Shown here: positions 58,324 through 64,000 of the stretch, one piece after another
Layout of the letters: the number at the start of each line of letters is the position of its first letter
How positions within the stretch are numbered: the first letter of the stretch is position 1
NCBI GenBank assembly: GCA_945876285.1
Contig: CAMCNO010000009.1
Coordinates: 1,875 to 65,874 of the forward strand
Direction: 5' to 3'
Length of the DNA stretch: 64,000 nucleotides
DNA from: an uncultured Clostridia bacterium
GTDB taxonomy: Bacteria > Bacillota > Clostridia > Oscillospirales > Oscillospiraceae
Translations under genes and position numbers: made by a program
The notes under the pieces: model-generated
What the model saw: only the letters and a program-made list of their open reading frames with translations
Database searches by the model: none
What the model was told of the DNA's origin: nothing

Positions 58324-59070
58324 TCAGAACACGCACATAGCGGTGAAGCACGTCCCCTCCGGGCCAAGGCCCTCCACCCGGTAGGTCTCCCCCTCCCGGA
58401 AGCCTTTCAGTTGAAGCTCCTCGTCCAGGGTGGCCTCCTTGCTGTAATTGATATAGAACTCCCTGGGGACCTGGGTCTGCAAATCGGCGGGCAGCGCGTC
58501 CCAGACGATGTCGCCGTAGTTGCCGCTGAACAGGTGGCCGTTACCGTCCAGGTCCGACCAGCGCACCCGGCGGACGCCCAGGTCCTCCGTGCCCTCCCTG
58601 GGCAGGACGATCTTTTTGGGGTCGGGACAGTCGATGGCCTTGTCGCAGGTGGTGAGGGGCTTGGCCGTAAAGGAGCTGGGCCGCAAAATCTTCCGGGTAA
58701 TGGGGTCTACCAATATCCAGTCGCTTTTTGCCGAGATGCACAGCCTCCCCGTCTGGTCCGCCATCTCAAACACCCGCTGCATATGGGCCGCTTTCGCGCC
58801 GTTTTCCCAGGTGGTGATGGTCAGCACATCCCGGGCATGGGGACAATCGTGGATACGCACCGCGATGCGGGAGAGCAGGAACACCTCCCGCCTGTCGTAC
58901 AGCATCTCATGGGTCAGGCCCCGGGCGTCGTAATCATAGCCCGCAAAGGCGGCCATCTTGCTCAGGATAGATGCCACCCGCATCCGCTTCTCCCGGTCGC
59001 AGTCCCAGAACACCAGCTCCTCCTGTCGGGTATAGCTGTTTTCCGTCAGGCTCTGCTTGAAATCCTCCAT
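58324..59070 (-). CDS. Acyl-ACP thioesterase family protein
   Basis: Double hot-dog pattern, WSDLDGNGH, INYSKEA. Confidence 0.82.
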   Translation of the reverse strand: MEDFKQSLTENSYTRQEELVFWDCDREKRMRVASILSKMAAFAGYDYDARGLTHEMLYDRREVFLLSRIAVRIHDCPHARDVLTITTWENGAKAAHMQRVFEMADQTGRLCISAKSDWILVDPITRKILRPSSFTAKPLTTCDKAIDCPDPKKIVLPREGTEDLGVRRVRWSDLDGNGHLFSGNYGDIVWDALPADLQTQVPREFYINYSKEATLDEELQLKGFREGETYRVEGLGPEGTCFTAMCVF

Positions 59071-59208
59071 GGGTAACGCTCCTTCGTGTTCGTCTGATTT
59101 TACATGGAGTATACCACATTTTTCCCAAATCCACAACCCGGCGGAGGTTGACCTTGTTCCCATGCCGTGGTATGATGAATCAACCAAATTTTGAGGAGGC
59201 TCCCATTT

Positions 59209-59583
59209 ATGGAAAAGACTGTGATCTCCACCAACAACGCTCCCGGCGCCATCGGCCCTTATTCCCAGGGCTGGGTCGTGGGCGACTTCGTTTACACCTC
59301 CGGCCAGATCCCCGTGGACCCCGCCAGCGGCGAGGTGCCCGCCGGTATCGCCGCCCAGGCCGAGCAGAGCTGCAAGAACGTGGCCGCCATCCTGGAGGCC
59401 GCCGGAACCACTCTGGAAAGCGTCATCAAGACCACCTGCTTCCTGGCGGACATGGGCGATTTTGCCGCCTTCAACGAGGTGTACGCCAAGTATTTCACCT
59501 CCAAGCCCGCCCGCTCCTGCGTGGCGGTGAAGGACCTGCCCAAGGGTGTCCTGTGCGAGATCGAGGCTGTCGCCATCAAGTAA
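59209..59583 (+). CDS. ridA: RidA family enamine/imine deaminase
   Basis: AIGPYSQ, SGQIP, FNEVY, PARSCVAV, EIEA. Confidence 0.92.
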   Translation: MEKTVISTNNAPGAIGPYSQGWVVGDFVYTSGQIPVDPASGEVPAGIAAQAEQSCKNVAAILEAAGTTLESVIKTTCFLADMGDFAAFNEVYAKYFTSKPARSCVAVKDLPKGVLCEIEAVAIK

Positions 59584-59633
59584 AAAAAATCCGCAAACGC
59601 AAAGCTGCCCGACCGTTTCGGTCGGGCAGCTTC

Positions 59634-60473
59634 TTATTTCCGGGCGAACAGGATGCCGAGAGTGCCGGGGCCGCAGTGGGAGAAGATGGTGCAGCCCGCC
59701 TTGGCCTCGATGATCTCACCGAAGCGGCCATCCTCCTCCACATACTTCCGGGCAATGGAGGAAAGGCTGTCATCCTCGCAGGTATCCACGATGATGATGC
59801 GGCTGGTGTCGATGTCGGTCCGGCCAGCCAGCCGCTCCCGGACGTAGTCGGCCACCACCTTCTCAATGGAGCCGCGGTACTTTTTCGTGACGGACATCTT
59901 CCCGTCGATGACCTCGATGCAGGGGTGGAGCTTCAGCAAATTGGCGCCCAGCGCCGTGACGGCGGAGCAGCGGCCGCCCTTTTTCATGTAGTCCAGACGG
60001 TCCAGCACGAAGCTCATCTCCACCCGGCCCGCCAGGTCCTCCAGCAGGGAGACGATCTCCCCGGCGGGCTTCCCGGCCTCCGCCGCCTCTGCGGCGGCCA
60101 GCACCAGCAGACCGTGGCCCACGGACAGGTTGCCCGAATCCACCACATAGACCTCCGGCACCTCGTCCGCCGCCAGCCGGGCGTTCTGGTAGCAGCAGGA
60201 GAAGCCGCTGCCGATGTCGATGTGGAGAACAGCGTCGTACTTCTCCGCCTCCCGGCGGAACAGGTCCTCGTAGTCCGCCATGTTCACGGCGTTGGTGGTG
60301 GTGATGTCGCCGCCGGACGCCACATGGGCGGCGATGTCGGCGGTGCGGATGTTGACGCCGTCCTGATACAGCTTGCCGCCCTTGACGATGCCCAGAGGGG
60401 CGACGGAAATGTTGTGGGCGTCCAGCAGTGCCTGGGACAGGTCGCAGGTGCTGTCGGTGGTGATTTTGACCAT
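59634..60473 (-). CDS. DegV/FakB fatty-acid-binding protein
   Basis: ITTDSTCDL, VVDS, KGGR, SHCGPG. Confidence 0.9.
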   Translation of the reverse strand: MVKITTDSTCDLSQALLDAHNISVAPLGIVKGGKLYQDGVNIRTADIAAHVASGGDITTTNAVNMADYEDLFRREAEKYDAVLHIDIGSGFSCCYQNARLAADEVPEVYVVDSGNLSVGHGLLVLAAAEAAEAGKPAGEIVSLLEDLAGRVEMSFVLDRLDYMKKGGRCSAVTALGANLLKLHPCIEVIDGKMSVTKKYRGSIEKVVADYVRERLAGRTDIDTSRIIIVDTCEDDSLSSIARKYVEEDGRFGEIIEAKAGCTIFSHCGPGTLGILFARK

Positions 60474-60585
60474 AATGACTCCTTTCGGCTTGCGCCGCTA
60501 TGGGATGGCCGCCGGAGCGGCTTGATTTTTGCATAGATGGAGTAATTATAGCATGGTCTCTTTGAAATTTCCAGTCTTAATGTGG

Positions 60586-63168
60586 TTAAGCCGCCTGTTT
60601 CCGGGTGCGGAGGGCTTTCAAGAGCTGGATGACCAGCATGGAGCCTGCGGACAGGCTCACGGCGGCGGCCAGCAGACCAGCAGACAGCTTTGTCACGCAG
60701 AACAACGGCTCCATCGCCGGAACCAGCAGCACCGCCCCCAACAGGGCCGCGCCCGCGGCGAAGGCGCTCAGCAGCCAGCGGTTATCCCAGAATCGCTTCG
60801 TCAGCAGCACGGGGCGCTCCGCCTTGCAGTTGAAGCCGTGGAACAACCGGGAAAGGCAAAGCGTGGCGAAGGCCATGGTGCTGCCCACCGCCCCGTCATG
60901 GCGCAGGCCGATGCGGAACGCGGCGATGGCGGCAATGGCGATGACCAGACCCTCCACGCCAATGCTGGTGAGGAAGGGACGGGTCAGGATACCCTCGTCT
61001 CTGGGCCGGGGCTTCTCCCCCATCACCTCGTCCCTGTGGGGCTCCAGCCCCAGGGCGATGGCGGGCAGGGAGTCCGTCAGCAGGTTGATGAACAGCAGGT
61101 GCACCGCCGCGAAGGGCACCGGAAGGCCCATGAGAGAGGCGTACAGCACCGTCAGGATGCCCGCCATATTGCCGGAAAGCAGGAACTGGATGGCCTTTTT
61201 GATATTGGCGTAGACGTTCCGGCCATTTTTCACCGCCTGGACGATGGTGGCGAAGTTGTCGTCCGCCAGCACCATTCCAGCGGCGTCCTTGGCCACCTCC
61301 GTACCAGTGACGCCCATGGCGACACCGATGTCCGCCTGCTTCAATGCCGGGGCGTCGTTGACGCCGTCGCCCGTCATGGCCACCAGCGCGCCCCGTGCCT
61401 GCCAGGCCCGGACAATGCGGATTTTATGCTCCGGCGTCACCCGGGCGTAGACGCTGACCCGGGGCACATAATCTTTCAATTCCCCGTCGCTCATACCGTC
61501 CAGGACGGCGCCCTCCACCGCCTGGGTATCGTCAGTCAGGATGCCGATTTCCCGGGCGATGGCGGCGGCGGTGACCTTGTGGTCCCCGGTGATCATCACG
61601 GGCCGTATCCCGGCGGCGATGCACGATGCCACCGCCTGCTTCGACTCCTGCCGGGGCGGGTCCATCATAGCGATGAGGCCCAGGAAGTCCAGGCCGTTTT
61701 CGTCCTCCAGGCTGGCGGTCGCCCGCTCGATGGGGCGGCAGGCAAAGGCCAGCACCCGCAGGCCCTCTTTTGAAAACGCCTCATTGGCCTGCTCCGCCGC
61801 CGTCCGCTCCGCCGGGGAGAGGATGCAGCGGTCCAGCAGCACGTCCACTGCGCCCTTGGTCACCATCAGCCGCCCACCCTCCATCTGGTGGACGGTGCTC
61901 ATCAGCTTCCGGTCGGAGTCAAAGGGGATCTCCGTCAGCCGGGGCCAGCGGGCGCGGGCGGCCGCCTCGTCAAAGCCGTGGTCCTCCCCCAGCCGCACCA
62001 GGGCGGTCTCCGTGGGGTCGCCCACCTCGCCGCTGTCATCCACCGTGGCGTCGCTGCACAGCAGGGCCGCACGCAGAAGGGGCTCCTGGATGGGGTCGGA
62101 GAAGTCCGCGTCCGATGCGTCCATGACCCGCCCGGCGACATACAGCTTCCGCGCCGTCATCCGGTTCTGTGTCAGAGTCCCCGTCTTGTCGGAGCAGATG
62201 ACAGACACGCTGCCCAGGCCCTCCACCGCCTGCAGCTTGCGGATGACGGCGTTTTCCCTCGCCATCTTCTGGGTGCCGAAGGACAGCACGATGGTGACGA
62301 TGGAGCTGAGGGCCTCCGGGATGGCCGCCACTGCCAGAGCCACGGCGAACAGGAAGGCGTTCATCACGTTTTCATGGCGAACCACTACACTGACGCCAAA
62401 CAAAACGGCGCAAATCGCCAGGATGATGGCGGAAAGGCGGCGTCCGAACCGGTCCAGGCTGATCTGCAGGGGCGTCTTTTTCTCCTCCGCGCCCTTCAGC
62501 AGGGCGGCGATTTTGCCCACTTCCGTGTCCATGCCCGTGGCAGTCACCAGGAACTGCCCCCGGCCATAGGTGACGAAGCTGCCGGAGAACACCATGTTCC
62601 TCCGGTCCCCCAGCGCCGCCTCGCCGTGGATGGGCTCCACGTCCTTTTCCACCGGCAGGCTCTCGCCGGTAAGGGCGCTTTCATCGCATTTCAAGCTGGC
62701 GCTCTCCAGCAGGCGGCCATCGGCGCAGACGGAATCCCCCGCCTCCAGCACCGCCACGTCGCCGGGGACCACCTCCCGGCCCGGTATCCGCACCACGCGG
62801 CCCGCCCGCAGCACCTTGGCGGTGGGGGCGGACATCCGCTTCAAACTGTCCAGCGACGCGGCGGCCTTCACCGTCTGGACGGTGCCCAGCACCGCGTTCA
62901 TGGTGATGACCGCCAGAATTACCAGGGCGCTCTCCCCGTCTCCCAGCGCCGCCGACACCGCCGCCGCCAGGATCAAGATCACCACCAGAAGATCCCGGAA
63001 CTGCTCCAGAAACACCCGGGCCACGCTTTTCTTTTCCCCGGAGCGGAGCTCGTTGGGGCCGCAGGTCTCCAGCCGCGCCTTCGCCTCCGCCGCCGTCAGG
63101 CCCTCCGCCCGGCACTCCAGCTCCCGGAACAACTCCATGCGTGTCTTTTCCCAAATACGCTTCTTCAT
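60586..63168 (-). CDS. P2A-type cation (Ca2+/Mn2+) transporting ATPase
   Basis: TGES, IPEAL, DKTGTLT, TGDGVND, INLLTD. Confidence 0.93.
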   Translation of the reverse strand: MKKRIWEKTRMELFRELECRAEGLTAAEAKARLETCGPNELRSGEKKSVARVFLEQFRDLLVVILILAAAVSAALGDGESALVILAVITMNAVLGTVQTVKAAASLDSLKRMSAPTAKVLRAGRVVRIPGREVVPGDVAVLEAGDSVCADGRLLESASLKCDESALTGESLPVEKDVEPIHGEAALGDRRNMVFSGSFVTYGRGQFLVTATGMDTEVGKIAALLKGAEEKKTPLQISLDRFGRRLSAIILAICAVLFGVSVVVRHENVMNAFLFAVALAVAAIPEALSSIVTIVLSFGTQKMARENAVIRKLQAVEGLGSVSVICSDKTGTLTQNRMTARKLYVAGRVMDASDADFSDPIQEPLLRAALLCSDATVDDSGEVGDPTETALVRLGEDHGFDEAAARARWPRLTEIPFDSDRKLMSTVHQMEGGRLMVTKGAVDVLLDRCILSPAERTAAEQANEAFSKEGLRVLAFACRPIERATASLEDENGLDFLGLIAMMDPPRQESKQAVASCIAAGIRPVMITGDHKVTAAAIAREIGILTDDTQAVEGAVLDGMSDGELKDYVPRVSVYARVTPEHKIRIVRAWQARGALVAMTGDGVNDAPALKQADIGVAMGVTGTEVAKDAAGMVLADDNFATIVQAVKNGRNVYANIKKAIQFLLSGNMAGILTVLYASLMGLPVPFAAVHLLFINLLTDSLPAIALGLEPHRDEVMGEKPRPRDEGILTRPFLTSIGVEGLVIAIAAIAAFRIGLRHDGAVGSTMAFATLCLSRLFHGFNCKAERPVLLTKRFWDNRWLLSAFAAGAALLGAVLLVPAMEPLFCVTKLSAGLLAAAVSLSAGSMLVIQLLKALRTRKQAA

Positions 63169-63194
63169 CTCGTCCATCCCTTCCGGCAGGACAC

Positions 63195-63331
63195 AAAAAG
63201 GCGAGACCTTTGCATCCATGCCTGACAGCATTGTTGCAAAAGTCTCGCCATTTTAATCCGAAGCGGGGAAATTTTTCCCGACCTGACGCCAGCGGATACA
63301 CGGTAAGCGTGCCAGCTACTCCCTTTTCTTG
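63195..63331 (-). ncRNA. yybP-ykoY (Mn2+) riboswitch with transcriptional terminator
   Basis: Minus strand AAAAGGGAGTAGC...CGTCAG...GGCGAGACTTTT aptamer; its 3' strand also pairs with TGCAAAGGTCTCGCC-TTTTT (terminator 63249-63195). Confidence 0.85.
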
Positions 63332-63393
63332 TGAGTATCCTATGCGTCCGCGGGTAAAAAATCAAGAAAAGAATCTGTTAAGAATCGTTGATT

Positions 63394-63999
63394 TTACTTC
63401 ATCAACTCGTACATGACCGCCTTGATGGTGTGCATCCGGTTCTCGGCCTCATCAAAGACGATGGACTGCGCGGACTCGAACACCTCGTCGGTGACCTCCA
63501 TGGCATCCCGCCCGAACTTCTCGCCCATCTCACGGCCCACCTTGGTCTTGTGGTCGTGATAGGCGGGCAGGCAGTGCATGAAGCGGCACTGGGGGCCTGC
63601 GTTATCCATCAAAGCCTTGGTGACCTGGTAGGGGCCCAGGGCCTCGATGCGCTCGGCCCAGACCTCCACAGGCTCGCCCATGGACACCCACACGTCGGTG
63701 TACAGCACGTCGGCATTCTTGGTAGCAGCCATGGGGTCCTCGATAAACTCCAGCACGGCCCCGGTCTCGGCGGCAATGGCCTGGCAGGTCTCCACCAGAG
63801 CGGCGTCAGGCATATACGCCTTGGGGGCGCAGGCCACGAAGTGCATCCCCATCTTGGCGCAGCCCACCATCAGGCTGTTGCCCATGTTGAACCGTGCGTC
63901 GCCCAGGTACACCAGCTTCACACCCGCGAGCTTTCCAAAGTGCTCCTGAATGGTCAGGAAATCCGCCAGAATCTGGGTAGGGTGGAACTCGTTGGTCAG
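63394..63999 (-). CDS. argF: Ornithine carbamoyltransferase, 5'-truncated by the window edge
   Basis: [35 protein letters not shown]. Confidence 0.9.
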   Translation of the reverse strand: MTNEFHPTQILADFLTIQEHFGKLAGVKLVYLGDARFNMGNSLMVGCAKMGMHFVACAPKAYMPDAALVETCQAIAAETGAVLEFIEDPMAATKNADVLYTDVWVSMGEPVEVWAERIEALGPYQVTKALMDNAGPQCRFMHCLPAYHDHKTKVGREMGEKFGRDAMEVTDEVFESAQSIVFDEAENRMHTIKAVMYELMK

Positions 64000-64000
64000 G

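Overview
High-GC Firmicutes (Clostridia) chromosomal window. Gene content and codon style suggest Oscillospiraceae (Oscillibacter/Dysosmobacter-like); this is an inference. It holds about 63 densely packed housekeeping, metabolic and transport genes and no recognisable transposase, integrase, phage genes, rRNA/tRNA or CRISPR array. Main blocks: T-box-controlled trpB2; yedF/cysteine desulfurase/DUF3343 Se-S cluster; lysA; feoAB; an AfuABC/FbpABC-like importer with a HAD hydrolase; a heterodimeric ABC exporter; livJHMGF; niaR with a NiaR-operator-controlled EIIC-like transporter; an ECF sigma factor with an anti-sigma-like/M23 fusion; ychF; htrA; thyA-folA; recG-brnQ; mtaB; a yybP-ykoY riboswitch ahead of a P-type ATPase; partial argF. 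Top hunt result: an 85-codon leader ORF (23711-23968) upstream of livJ. All of its Ile/Leu/Val codons fall in one block (23 of 34 codons, non-preferred ATT/GTA codons), and an intrinsic terminator follows 17 nt after the stop. This looks like a ribosome-mediated BCAA attenuator on a transporter operon. Second: an unannotated 19-aa hydrophobic peptide gene (40527-40586) with its own RBS, promoter-like site and terminator. Product calls are from motif recognition by eye, not database searches, and RNA pairings were not computed.
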